From the NCBI GenBank assembly GCA_951406725.2, contig OX597816.1, positions 103,168,001 through 103,232,000 of the forward strand: a stretch of 64,000 bases of DNA, given 5' to 3'. The DNA comes from Octopus vulgaris (taxonomy: Eukaryota). How positions within the stretch are numbered: the first letter of the stretch is position 1; the number at the start of each line of letters is the position of its first letter. Of this stretch, positions 11,518-23,599 are shown piece by piece. Under the pieces are notes generated by a model. The model was given only the letters and a program-made list of their open reading frames with translations, made no database searches and was not told the origin of the DNA. The position numbers and the translations under genes are program-made.

Positions 11518-11595
11518 GCTACAGGTGAAATTTCTCATCAGTAGTTTTTTGCTGAACTTGAAAAATTTTGACATCTTCTAACATTTCTTTTTCAG

Positions 11596-11700
11596 TTCTT
11601 TGAAAGCAATAATGTGCAAGATGTTCCCACTCCTGAAGAACTTTTCAATAGTGTCACAGATCTTCAATTTGAAGGCAAAGGTTCACTTTTTCTACATGCT
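11596..11700 (+). CDS. RIOK3: RIO kinase 3, exon 6
   Basis: tttcag|TTC...GCT|gtaagt; FFESNNVQDVPTPEELFNSVTDLQFEGKGSLFLHA resembles the FF...ELFN.V..L segment of RIOK3; phase 0/0; absent from the ORF track because it is short. Confidence 0.9.
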
Positions 11701-12230
11701 GTAAGTTATCCACAAAGATTTAGTTCTATTTTTCATTTAAAACAATGAGAGCCAGTGATTTTTCAGTTTGTGGTGATGGTAGCGGTGGGGGTTCATACAC
11801 AAAGACATTATTAGAGAAAGTTAAAAATTTTCTATTGCCAGGTATGGTAACATATCTTGATGTACATGGGTGGCTGAATTTAGTTAATGTCAGCCGAAAT
11901 AGTTTGAAGTATTTAGTTACATCCCTTTATGTTCTCAATTCCAATTCCAACCAGTGCTACTTTCATTTTTATTCTTTCTGGGGTAGATATTCCAATAGAT
12001 AAGGAACTGTTGCAGTTATTTTATTAAATCTTCCTAATTAAGTATTAAAAAAATTAATTGTAGTACATACATAGTGTATAATTATCATGAAATTAAGCTG
12101 TTGCTAATCCTACCTGTATATTTAAGTAGAAACTATCCTATGTAAAAATTGTTTGTTGATAACCTTTGATCAAATGATCCTAACAATTAAATATAAATTC
12201 TGAAGGAATTCCCTGTTTGTTTTTTCACAG

Positions 12231-12386
12231 ATTCAACGTTTTGACAAAGATAAGAAGGAAAAATTTAAAGCGTGTAAAGATTCTGAGAATTATGCTTTTG
12301 ATTATTTTTTTGAAACTTCTGTTCCTGGATTAACAGAACCAGATGATGAAGAGAATTTGGACAGTGAAGATGCTGATTCAAGTTAA
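12231..12386 (+). CDS. RIOK3: RIO kinase 3, last coding exon with acidic tail and TAA stop
   Basis: ttcacag|ATT...AGT TAA; IQRFDKDKKEKFKACKDSENYAFDYFFETSVPGLTEPDDEENLDSEDADSS*; strong polypyrimidine acceptor, in phase. Confidence 0.85.
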   Translation: MQRFDKDKKEKFKACKDSENYAFDYFFETSVPGLTEPDDEENLDSEDADSS

Positions 12387-13022
12387 TTCATGTCATATTT
12401 GAGTAAATATGCTGTTCTTCCTTGAAAGACTATCTTCTGCTGTTTCTAACTTCCTTTTGCTTTATCAAGCTTTCATTCTTCCCCACTGTCAGGTCTTTAA
12501 TATTCCTCATTTATATGCATTATTATGCAGATTATTCTTTCCTTATATTTATTTCCATATTGTCTCCTGTGATTGTATAGTTAATGAAATGCTAGAATCC
12601 AAGGAGTCTAGTATTTGACTGTGTTAGCAAAAACATCAATTCAACAAAAATTTATGAAACAGGCTGTCTCTTGTGAGTGGGAGATAATTATATTTCAACT
12701 TAGGGCCCATCGTCAGAAGGAAAATATAAACTACACACCAGCTTTGACAGTGTAAGGTCCCTTTGCATTTTCTTCTTGTGGCACACAATCATATTCTATT
12801 TTGTGAACTTATTCTGCTGAATAAGAATTTTGTTTAAATTAACTTAGGCAAGATTCTTCTTTTTACCCCTAAAACCCTTGTGCCAACTTGCAAATAAAGG
12901 CAGGAACTAACAAAGTAGTAAAGAAAAGATTGAGTCTCACTGAATGTAAATGATCCTATCCATTCTAGCCTGTCCATTTCAGCAAACCCTTATGTTTTAA
13001 ATACTCGAGAAGAACTAGTTGG

Positions 13023-13075
<53 letters not shown>

Positions 13076-14008
13076 TATATATTTATTTATGTGTGTGTTG
13101 GTATAAGCACAATGTTTATGAGGTTAATATGTTAGACTATTCACCAAATGATGATGATTACTACAGCTGTTGTTTTGTAGGTGTCCACTGCCCCACCAAG
13201 GCATCTAATTATGTTTCCTCCATTGTTTCTTTACTAAATGGAATAAAAGAAAGTTAATGCAGTTGGTAACATCAGTAATCAGATCATAGGTGTATGAAGA
13301 CATTTTTTTGATGCTCAGTTGTATGTAATGCTATTACAAAACAAAATAAAAAAACACAAGAAAACAAAACAGAAGTGTGAATATGTTTTTTTTTTTTAAT
13401 GTTTACCATGGTTCTACCACAATGCAAAAGAAAAAAATTTGAAAAGAATTGCAAAGGTGTTTCAACTTTGTGGTAAAGTGGTTAGCAGTTGAAAATGGAA
13501 TATAATTATGAAACTAAGCGTTCCACCATGAAAAATGGTTGTAAAGAAGTAACAGAAAGGAAGTTGCATATGCATTCACATGAAGACATGCACACAGGAA
13601 TATACATTTACATACACTTGCACATAGAAATACGCTTGCATATGCACGTCTATATCAGCATGTACAAATATGTATGTGTTTATGCATGAAGGCTCTTGCA
13701 TTCTTCCTTGTGGATGCATTTTCTCACATGCTTATATATATATATATACATATATATATACACATAAGAACATGAATTCATACAGAATGTACTTACATAC
13801 ATGTACTTCTCTTTTAAGACTAAAGCAAACTAGAGAATTCATACACTATATCCATGTTCATTTGTATGCACTCCTCTACAACACACACATATACATAAAC
13901 AGAATACACACACACACACACACACACTTGCTTCATACATACACACTTCATCCAACAGCCCCAAATTCACACACTAACTGAAAGCAGGGACACTTACTTG
14001 CTCTCATA

Positions 14009-14325
14009 AAAGCGATAAACGTTGCCCTTTTCAAACCTAGCCAGGCTCATGGGCCTGGTTTCCCAGTTTCTGTGACGTATGTGTTCCCCCCAGCTGGACG
14101 GGATGCCACTCCATCGCAGCATTACTCTGGAAACAGGAAGAGAGAGTGAGAGAAAGTTGTAGCGAAAGAATACCACAGGGGTCGCCACCACACCCTGCCG
14201 GAGCCTCGTGGAGCTTTTAGGTGTTTTCGCTCAATAAACACACACAATGCCCGGTCTGGGAATCGAAACCGCGATCCTCCGACCACGAGTCTGCTGCCCT
14301 AACCACTGGGCCATTGCGCCTTCAC
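14009..14325 (-). mobile_element. tRNA-derived SINE with 13-bp target-site duplication
   Basis: Reverse-strand head GGCGCAATGGCCCAGTGGTTAGGGCAGC...GGTTTCGATTCCCAGACC (A and B boxes); TSD ACTTGCTCTCATA at 13996-14008 and 14326-14338. Confidence 0.85.
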
Positions 14326-14499
14326 ACTTGCTCTCATACACAAACACATTATATACATGCACACAGTAGTAACATACACGCTTATGTTTGATACACACAT
14401 CACATATCAGATAGCCTCACACACCCACACATACATTAGCATCACATACTCATATACACATCCATGCACACACATGTCCACCCACACACATACACACTT

Positions 14500-14760
14500 G
14501 AGCTTGGTCACTGTTGTATCCCTTGCCACCCATGCCTCCAGCCACTTCTGGTCAATTCAACATGTGTAAACCGTTAATTTGGACATGTTTTATTCTCCTC
14601 ATTTTTTCTCTTTTTCCTCCTCACTCTTTTTTTCTAGAAGAGCATAGGTTCGAAACATCAAAAACTTTTTCTATTTTTCCTGAGTGTCAAACAAATACGC
14701 CCTCTTTGTTGTTCGTTTGCTTGTCTTCTTTTTCTATATTTTTGAATTGTATTTAGAAAT
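14500..14760 (+). mobile_element. Probable Penelope-type terminal repeat relic with degenerate minimal hammerhead
   Basis: CTAGAAGAGCATAGGTTCGAAAC at 14634-14656 resembles CTGAAGA-stem-GAAAC; T-rich downstream sequence. Confidence 0.35.
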
Positions 14761-16036
14761 TTTTATTTTGGTTGCTTGAAACTTGCAGTTTAGTTTTTTT
14801 CAAAGCATTTCATACTGTCTTAAAAAATGATGCTTATTTTAGATAATGAAGTCCTAGTTAGTCTTAGAAAATAGTTGGGTTGGCCATAGTTGGAATGCTT
14901 TTAAGCATAGATCTGGTCAGATCATTTGAGGCCAAACGACAACATGTAATTTGAATGTATCAAGTATCCAGTGGAATACTTGATGCATTCAAATAGCTAC
15001 TTGATGTGTGGTGAATTGATCATTTTATTATGTACATTCATAAATTCCACTGCCAGAATGAACCACTCAAATTTACATACCACTAGAATCAAAGTTTTGA
15101 TTTTAGCATACACAAATTATGGATATTGTTTACTTTCATCAATATTGAATTTTTGAGTGGTTGAATTTTTTTGTTTATTAACACTTAATCATAGAAGAAA
15201 AAAGGTCTCTAAGATAGGTGGTAGGTGGCCATTAAACAGATTGTGGTGCTGAATGAAGTGATAGCTATGTCTATCACTTGGAAAACTGGAATGCAAAGAG
15301 CTGAAACAAACATTGTGAAGTTTTCTGTATCTGATGTTCTAACAATTTTGCCTATTCACCTATCATTCTGGACTGGTGCTGCTTTCAGATTTCCTAACCC
15401 AAGAATGGTGAGTGTCATCCAATTTACTTGGGTCAGCTAAGTAAAGTATTAGTAGCTTTAGTTATGATGTTAAAAACAAAATTAAATGTATAGTTTTTTT
15501 AACAACTAATTTTGGATTGAATGAAGAATATGTGGTAATATTTAAAAAAATATTTTAAACTAAAACATAGGAAAAAATGTTATTTTAATATACTTTCTTT
15601 TTCCATTATATGGAACTTCGTTGAACCAATAATTAAACTGCTTATAAAATATTTTTCATTCAGTTCTTGAGTAACCCTAAAAAGATTTATGAAAATCATA
15701 TCTATCTACCTATCTATCTATCTCTTTCTCTATTTTTCTCTCTCTATATATATATATTTATACACACACACACACACACACAAATTCACACAAACATATA
15801 AATTGAAAGAGAATATATTCTGTAAATTTTTGGAAATGAAATTTGGGTTTATATTTGTTATTCAATATTTTCCATAAATAACAGTTAATAGTAACTGTTA
15901 CTGATTATCTTACAAGATAATCTTGTGAGATTATTGGCTTCCCACAGCAGCAAAAAATGTATTTATTTTTTTTATACAGACCTTATTTTAACCTCTGTAT
16001 GAAGATACCTGCTTGTAAATCTATTTTATTATAAAC

Positions 16037-16047
16037 AATAAAATAAA
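16037..16047 (+). promoter_or_regulatory. Candidate distal polyadenylation signal of RIOK3 (double AATAAA)
   Basis: Overlapping AATAAA at 16037 and 16042 followed by T-rich sequence; alternative AATAAA at 12893, 13242 and 13345; no transcript evidence. Confidence 0.3.
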
Positions 16048-16119
16048 TTACATAAAATTTTTTTAAATGTCAATTTGTAATTTATTAAATTTTACTATTT
16101 ACATTCGTTTTATAGAATT

Positions 16120-16365
16120 TTGTTTTAGTATAGCCCCTGTTGAACTCTAAGCAAAACTGTCAATATCTTGGGGCCACACTGTTAAATGTTGCCTTCCCTT
16201 TTGTAAGATGTGAAATGCATTTTAAAGGAGGTTTTGTTGCTATCTCTTGCTTGTTGAGCATTGAAATAGTAGTTTTTTTGTTGGTTTATAATAATTGCTT
16301 GGCAGATACAGTGGCAGACAACATATATGTATATATAAACTTAGACTATAGGGGAGATAATCATG
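16120..16365 (+). repeat. Family D copy plus flank, duplicated at 19122-19408
   Basis: Shared tagcccctgttg...gttaaatgt.gccttcc...gatac.gtggcag.caacat...ggggag.taatcatg. Confidence 0.7.
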
Positions 16366-17133
16366 AGTTAGAAAATGAAAGTTAGGACAAGCAGAGATAT
16401 CTTTGTGCAGTTTATCTTCATTATGAACCAATGCAACAACATTGTGTGGTTGCTCTATCTGCTTGAAATATCAGTTTAAATCTGCCTGAAAATAATTCTA
16501 AGCATATTAAAAATGGAAGGATGCACAGAAGTAGTTGGTAAATTATGTGCAAACATAAGATGGCTGAAATGGCTTTGATCAAAGGTATGCTTGATCAAGG
16601 TTGACCTAAGATTAAGCAACAATACCATTTTTGTGAGTTTTACTCTTTTCCATACTGGCATAATTTGGATTGGTTTATAATACAGCATTTCATCACTCTT
16701 TGTTTCCCATTTTTAGAGCCTCAACAGTAAAGAATAACCTGATTGTTGTAAGTTGAAAGAATCTTATGGAAGTTATCCAAAGAGAGTACACTAGTATTAG
16801 TAGAGTGAGCATCTTAGAGGACACAAGGGAAAAGATTTATTTGGATACCAGTTATGCTACTAGTTCTCATTTTACATCTGCTTTTCCTTGTTGGCATTGG
16901 TTGGATGGGTTGTCTTGTAATGAATCATTTCTTATCTAAAGTTAATGCATTCCTTGATAAGTCGAGAACCCTGTCTCTTTTTTTGCAATCGTTTTTGGCA
17001 TGTTTTTTCTATGACTGGATGTCCTTCCTATTGCCAACAACTTTAGACATTGTACTGAGTATATTTTATCTTGGCACCAGCAATTGTGTGGCTCTTAGAT
17101 CCTTGGTGAATCTAAACTGTCCTCTGTACATTC

Positions 17134-17315
17134 ATCATCATCATCATCGTTTAACATCCGTTTTCCATGCTAGCATGGGTTGGACAGTTCGACCGGGGTC
17201 TGGGAAGCCAGGAGGCTGCACCAGGCACCAGTCTGATCTGGCAGTGTTTCTACTGCCGGATGCCCTTCCTAACTCCAACCACTCCGTGAGTGTAGTGGAT
17301 GCTTTTTACGTGCCA
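17134..17315. repeat. Repeat family C copy (a decayed copy also lies at ~16870-17080)
   Basis: (CAT)n cgtttaacatccgttttccatgctagcatgggttggac...ggatgcccttcctaactccaaccactc. Confidence 0.8.
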
Positions 17316-18754
17316 CAAAATATTGTAATATTTATATTCATATATTTATATAGTGCAATTTCAAATTTAAATTACAAGACAGACAACTAGTATTTAGAAT
17401 TCGCTGTATATATCCACATATCTGAAGGGTAACTGTAAACAGGAGTTGTATAAATATTTTTTTAAGAATATCTCTTGTTTTGTTTGCAATATACTTTTCC
17501 TTATGTATATAACATAGCTCTTCTGAAAGGTCATATGCATAACTAATTACTTTGTGAAAATGAAAACAAATATTGATTGAATATTCATTTCTAACTTTTT
17601 TTTCTCTTATTTTTAAATATCTTTTTATGCAATGCTTTATGTGACACATCTCAATTGCTGTGTATTTATATTTTTGCAGGAAGGAAAAAGACAAAAAAAA
17701 CTTTTTTTACCAAATCACTTGTAGCCTTCCTCTTCAAAATAGCCAAAGGAAGGCTTGGATGGATTTAACAAGTCTGATTACTATCAGGAATGTGGCAGAA
17801 ATTAATCTGAAAACTCAATCTTCAGCTATATAATAGTGCTTATAAAAGTAATAAATGTTATTAATTAATTAATTTATTTATTACTAAATTATTTAATAAA
17901 TGCTAAAATAGGTAGAATGGTTTCATAAATAAAGATAGGGAAATTTGGTTTAATTTAATTTTTCGGCTGAATATTCTTATATAATGTTATTGGTCACTTT
18001 TAAGTGAAGATAGGTAACTATTCTTTGCTACATTGATGAAGACAATTTGGTCAACTTCTAGCTATCAGATTTAAATAAGTTTATTTTCATGTCATATTTA
18101 GATAAATAACCGAGTCCATTTTAGTAATTTAATGATTCTATAGTTAACTGAAACTCTGTGGTGCAGGCTAATTAACCTTACATTAATTTTACAACATTCT
18201 TGTTGCTTATAATCATGTGAAGTAAATGTTCCCTATTTATAAGTAGCTGCTAAAGTTGAGTGTTCATTTCTCAGCATGATGGGACCCAGTATCTGTGAAT
18301 AAAGGATGCAGTTCTGCAACTTATGAACAATAGCCTCTCAAATGATAGTATGACTCTGTCAACATATCTGACTGTCCTCTTACCAGTTTTGTTATTACCT
18401 AGACCTGTGATTATCAAGCTGATGTATACCAGGCCCTGTTGAAATAGTGAAAATTTTTGGTACCCTTGCTTCTTCATTAACAAGAAGATAAACATGGTTT
18501 GCATCCATATAATTCTTTTGTCGGGAGCATTGTTTTAGTCAAGTGTAAAATTTTGATAATCATCATAATTTTAATAAACATAGCAATTTGTCCGTTTACT
18601 TTAACCCTGACACAGTGTTCATGCTATTGTGAGAATACCTTAAATATCATCTCTGTTGGATTTGCAGTAAAACAGTAATGAACATACATGGAAAGAGAAG
18701 ATGCAGCTGATTCTGTCCATTAGTTTGCCTGCAGTTATTATTCTTAATTTTGTT

Positions 18755-19090
18755 CCTGCTTCTCGACCACATGGTTCTGGGTTCAGTCCCACTGCGTAAC
18801 ACCTTGGGCAAGTGTCTTCTACTATAGCCTCTGGTTTGACCAAAACATTGTGAGTGAAAGAAGCCTGTCATATTGATGTATATATTTATGTGTGTCTGTG
18901 TTTGTCCCCACCACCACTTGATAACCGGTGTTGGTATGATTACGTCCTTGTAACTTACCAGTTTGGCAACAGAGACTGGTAGAATAAGGACCAGGCTTAA
19001 GAAAAAACAAGTCCTGGGGTCGATTTGTTTGATTAAAACCCTTCAAGGGGCTGCCTCAGCATGGCTGCATCAAATAACTGAAACAAATGA
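18755..19090 (+). mobile_element. Family B SINE
   Basis: accacatggttctgggttcagtcccactgcg...ccttgggcaagtgtcttctactatagcc...actgaaacaa. Confidence 0.85.
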
Positions 19091-19121
19091 ATGATAGTTA
19101 TTTCAATTTGTAGAATCTTAT

Positions 19122-19408
19122 TCTTGTTTTAGTTTAGCCCCTGTTGGACCCTAATCAAGCAAAGTTTATGGTGAAACACATTTCAGCTGTCAGCATCTTG
19201 AAATTTTGTATATCTGGGGCTTCATTGTTAAATGTGGCCTTCCTTTTTGTAAGTCAGGTGTATTTTAAGGGAGTTTTGGCTGCTATTTCTTGCAGGTTGA
19301 CCATCATATGACAGTTTTCTTGTTAGTTCATAATATTTGTTTGACTGATACGGTGGCAGGCAACATGAAAATATATATTAACTAGAGGCTACAGGGGAGG
19401 TAATCATG
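19122..19408 (+). repeat. Family D copy plus flank, paralog of 16120-16365
   Basis: See 16120-16365. Confidence 0.7.
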
Positions 19409-19787
19409 CAACTAATTATTTTTTGCTCACGTGGAGGGTAGATACATTGGCCCAGTTCTGAGAGTGTTAAGGAACATTGACCTTGATATATATGTATCTA
19501 TGACTGAAATTCTTCAATGGTTGTCTGACTGTCAGCGTGAAACGGATACTTATGTTACCAGTGGTGATATCAACTTGACCCACGTATGTCAATGAGTGGG
19601 AGCTTTCGATGATATTCTGAATTTGGTAACTTGATAACATTTCGTTGAAGCTGTGTCATTTTATGCAATAAAATACTTTTTCACGACTGCACATGAAGTG
19701 CAGATATACGAGTTATGGCAACTTTTAACCGGACATCTGTCTTGTGAACAAATATACAAGGAAATGAAATAAAGTTTTAATACAAAA

Positions 19788-20168
19788 CTAGCAGTATCGC
19801 CCGGTGTTATTCGAGTTTGTTTCGACCCTTTAGAATTGGAATTTTTGAAACGTAAAAATTTTGCATTATGTAGCTTGTTATTCTCTTTAAGTGAACATTT
19901 TTCTTGTTGAAATACACCGAAAAATGGCGACACAGCAGTCACAAAATCGTAAAAAAACAGGGATTTTCATAGAAAAAAGGCACCTTTTTGATGTAAATAA
20001 TTTGTGGTCTTAACATGGTCCGATTTGAATGTTATCTTCTACGGAATGAAGAGCAAGCCTTCTTCTATCATACTCTCAATTTTGGTCAACTTGCGTCGCA
20101 GTGTCTCGGAGGAGATAGTGTTAGTTATGCCAACCCATGTCGTATCTCAAACGTGTGTCCATTATTAT
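19788..20168 (-). mobile_element. Non-autonomous Helitron-like element
   Basis: Reverse-strand 3' end: imperfect GC hairpin (CTCGAATAACACCGGGCG) followed by ATACTGCTAG-T, matching the Helitron CTAG terminus. Confidence 0.55.
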
Positions 20169-20385
20169 GGTGTAAGGGAGATAATTCATGAATCATTATT
20201 GGTTTATTTTATGACGGTCTTTCATTACCTTTTTCAATGTTCGAGCAGAGAACTATTCTTGGCTCAATTCAGGCAGACCAAAGTCAAGTAGAACTAAGAT
20301 AAAAAGCGTTCCAGTCATGACCATCCTGTTTTGCATTCAGTCAAAAAGTATTTGAAGTCACATTAATCAATAACATGCATATATA

Positions 20386-20790
20386 GGCGCAGGCGTGGCT
20401 GTGTGGTAAGTAGCTTGTTTACCAACCACATGGTTCCGGGTTCAGTCCCACTGCGTGGCACCTTGGGCAAGTGTCTTCTACTATAGCCTCGGGCCGCCCA
20501 AAGCCTTGTGAGTGGATTTGGTAGACGGAAACTGAAAGAAGCCCGTCGTATATATGTATATATTATGTATGCGTGTCTATGTTTGTGTGTCTGTGTTTGT
20601 CCCCCTAGCATTGCTTGACAACTGATGCTGGTGTGTTTACGTCCCCGTTACTTAGCGGTTCGGCAAAAGAGACTGATAGAATAAGTACTGGGCTTACAAA
20701 AGAATAAGTCCCGGGGGTGTCGAGTTGCTCGACTAAAGGCGGTGCTCCAGCATGGCCGCAGTCAAATGACTGAAACGAGTAAAAGAGAGA
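20386..20790 (+). mobile_element. Family B SINE, near full length, CpGs retained
   Basis: GGCGCAGGCGTGGCTGTGTGGTAAG...GGGTTCAGTCCC...CCTTGGGCAAGTGTCTTCTAC...GACTGAAACGAGTAAAAGAG. Confidence 0.9.
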
Positions 20791-20813
20791 ATATACATTC
20801 GCATATATGTATA

Positions 20814-21088
20814 CAGGGTGATTGAAAAGTAACTCCCTATTTTAAAATATTTATTTATTAACTGTAATTTTTAGAAAATATGAATATTTGAAGAAAGCGT
20901 TGAGCATAGAGTTTTATTTAAAATTCGATTTGGGCACCAGCATTTGCCACCAGCTTATCAAGCCACCCGGAGACCGCATCAACTTATTTCATCAGGAACT
21001 CTTCTGGGATGGAGGATATAACTTCTCGTATAGTTAATAAATAAATTATAAATAGTTAAAAATAGGGAGTTACTTTTCAATCATCCTA
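20814..21088. mobile_element. Tc1/mariner-type MITE
   Basis: TA-CAGGGTGATTGAAAAGTAACTCCCTATTTT ... AAAATAGGGAGTTACTTTTCAATCATCCTA-TA long TIRs with TA target. Confidence 0.85.
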
Positions 21089-21111
21089 TATGTGTATATA
21101 TATATATATAT

Positions 21112-21865
21112 TATTTGTTTCAGTCATTTGACTGCGGCCATGCAGGAGCACCACCTTTTGTCGAACAAATCGACCCCAGGACTTATTCTTTGTAAGCTTA
21201 GTACTTATTCTATTGGTCTATTTTGCCGAAACGCTAATTTACGGGGACGTAAACACACCAGCATCGGTTGTCAAGCGATGTTGGGTGGGGGACAAACACA
21301 GACATACACATGTACATACATACATATATATATATATTTTATATATATATATATATATATACAACGGGCTTCTTTCAGTTTCCATCTATCAAATCCACTC
21401 ACAAGGCTTTGGTCAGCACGAGGCTACAGTAGAAGGCACTTGCCCAAGGTGGCACGCAATGGGACTGAACCCGTAAACATGTGGTTGGTAAGCAAGCTAC
21501 TTTTTACTTGTTTCAGTCATTCAACTGAGGCCATGCTGGGGCACCACTTTAAAGAATTTTATCCGAATTAATCGTCCTTAGTACTTTTTTTTATTCTATC
21601 GGTTTCTTTTGCTGAACCACTAGAATACGGGGACACAAATGCATCAACACCAGCTAACAAGCGGTGGTGGGGGGACAAACACACACAAAGATTCTTTCAC
21701 ACACACGCACGCACACCACGGGCTTCTTTCAATTTCGTCTACCATATCCACCCACAAGTCTTTGATCAATCAGAGGCTATTGTAGAAGACATTTACCCAA
21801 GGTGCTCTGCAGTGGGACTGAACCTGAAACTACGTGGTTGAAAAGCAAGCTTCTTACCACACTGA
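21112..21865 (-). mobile_element. Two tandem family B SINEs
   Basis: Two reverse-complement copies, 21112-~21500 and ~21500-21865. Confidence 0.85.
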
Positions 21866-22274
21866 CACTTGTGTATGTATGTGTGTGTGTATACATGCAT
21901 ATATGTATATATAAGCATACGCGCACACTCATATACATTGCAAAGACTTGTCTTTAATCCTTTCGGGTAATTAAAATTTATTCTAGGGCAGTGGATTGGC
22001 AGAATTGTTAGAAAATATCTTGCGATGTTTAGCTTAGCCTTTTGCATTCTGACAGCAACGCCTACGCCAACACTGGATTCCTGGCTTAATCGGCCCCTAG
22101 TCAGCAACCTTCCCTTGAATAAAGATCGGTGGCGTGCAGAAGGGAGATAACTGTCACTCCTTCCGAAATCATCAAGCCCAGGCCTGCTAATGTATGGTCC
22201 ATCTTTGACCGATAAATGCCTTGCAGGTGAACTCAGAACGTAAAAAGCAAGAACAAATTCAGTAAAAGATGACT

Positions 22275-22412
22275 TCTTAACTACGCGGTTTCGATATCAG
22301 TCCTACTGCTTGGCATCTTGAGCATGTGTCATTTATTATAGAACCGTGTCGATCAATTCCTTGTGAGTGAATTCAGTTGACAGAAACAGTGCAGAAGCTT
22401 CTCTCTCTCTCT

Positions 22413-22468
<56 letters not shown>

Positions 22469-22685
22469 ATCTCTGTGCGTGCTAGCGAATCTTTGTCTCC
22501 GCATCTCTTGACTATCGGTGTTGGCTCGTTTCGTCCCTGTAATTTAGCGGTTCGGCGAAAGAAAAACCGATGAAATAAGCACCAGACTTGAAACAAAAAA
22601 ATTCTTTGGATGATATATTCGACTAAACCCGTCAAGGTGATACTCCAGCACGGCCGCAGTCCTATGTAGGAAACAAGTAAAAGAA
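22275..22685 (+). mobile_element. Family B SINE, diverged
   Basis: ggcatcttgagcatgtgtc...gtaatttagcggttcggcgaa...ccagcacggccgcagtc. Confidence 0.75.
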
Positions 22686-22874
22686 AGAAAGAATAAAAGA
22701 ACGAAACAATTCCACCACACCAGCTGCTTTATTTTATAGAAACGAAGAAACACAAAGTCGAATATAGCTCTTTGATGTTCAAACGTTAATCCATAACGTA
22801 TGGTCTGTTGCAATATTGTTTTCAGATTCCAGCGTAAAAGGCATATTTTTACCCTGTAAGGTATCACTACGGTT

Positions 22875-22905
<31 letters not shown>

Positions 22906-23490
22906 TAACAATGATATCGCTATCCTACTATTGTTAGCTACAAGTGTTAAAAATATTATCCAGTATACTAATCGATAAATTCTGCACTTATCGTTTCTGC
23001 CCATTGCACTACGTAGGTTTTGGCTTACACAATATAAATTTCTATTACATGATAATTATCCTGAACACTAGGTCTGAAATTTTCGGCGGTTGTAAACATA
23101 TGCCTAAGTTCCTTTTAAAGAACTAGAAAATTCCGCCTGTGCCTAATTAATTTGCCGCTATTTTTTCCACCCTTATAATTCAAGGTCAAAGATAGATAGC
23201 TCCTTTACGTTCTCACTTATTTCTGATTACTTTTCGTTTTCCGTTTTTAACATCCACGTTTTCTATATGCTTCCTTCTCGACTTTTCTTTCCTTCAGTTT
23301 CTAGTTCGTTATGCTATGTAATTTGTGCCTAATATCTATGCGGAGATGTTACGTATGTTATAATTCATTATCTGGCATGTTCTCAGCCCAAGAAACTATT
23401 AGTAGCACATGTATTGTGTCTATTAAATAATATTTGTCTCTCACCAGATGGAGTACTTATTTTGTTGGTCTTACCATCATGGAACTGTAC

Positions 23491-23579
<89 letters not shown>

Positions 23580-23599
23580 AGGTTTTCACTGTATATATT

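Noticed and set aside
8-12386. RIOK1 or RIOK2 assignment
   Set aside because: STGKES and the GDG.GM.LKL/HEKKEHSTA segment match RIOK3; RIOK1 has STGKEA and RIOK2 has a different P-loop.
16854-17390. 178-aa hydrophobic ORF as a membrane protein
   Set aside because: It runs through two family C repeat copies and a (CAT)n tract; no recognisable domain.
20386-20460. SINE heads (families A, B and 14250-14325) as functional tRNA genes
   Set aside because: They have A/B boxes but no complete cloverleaf and continue into SINE bodies.
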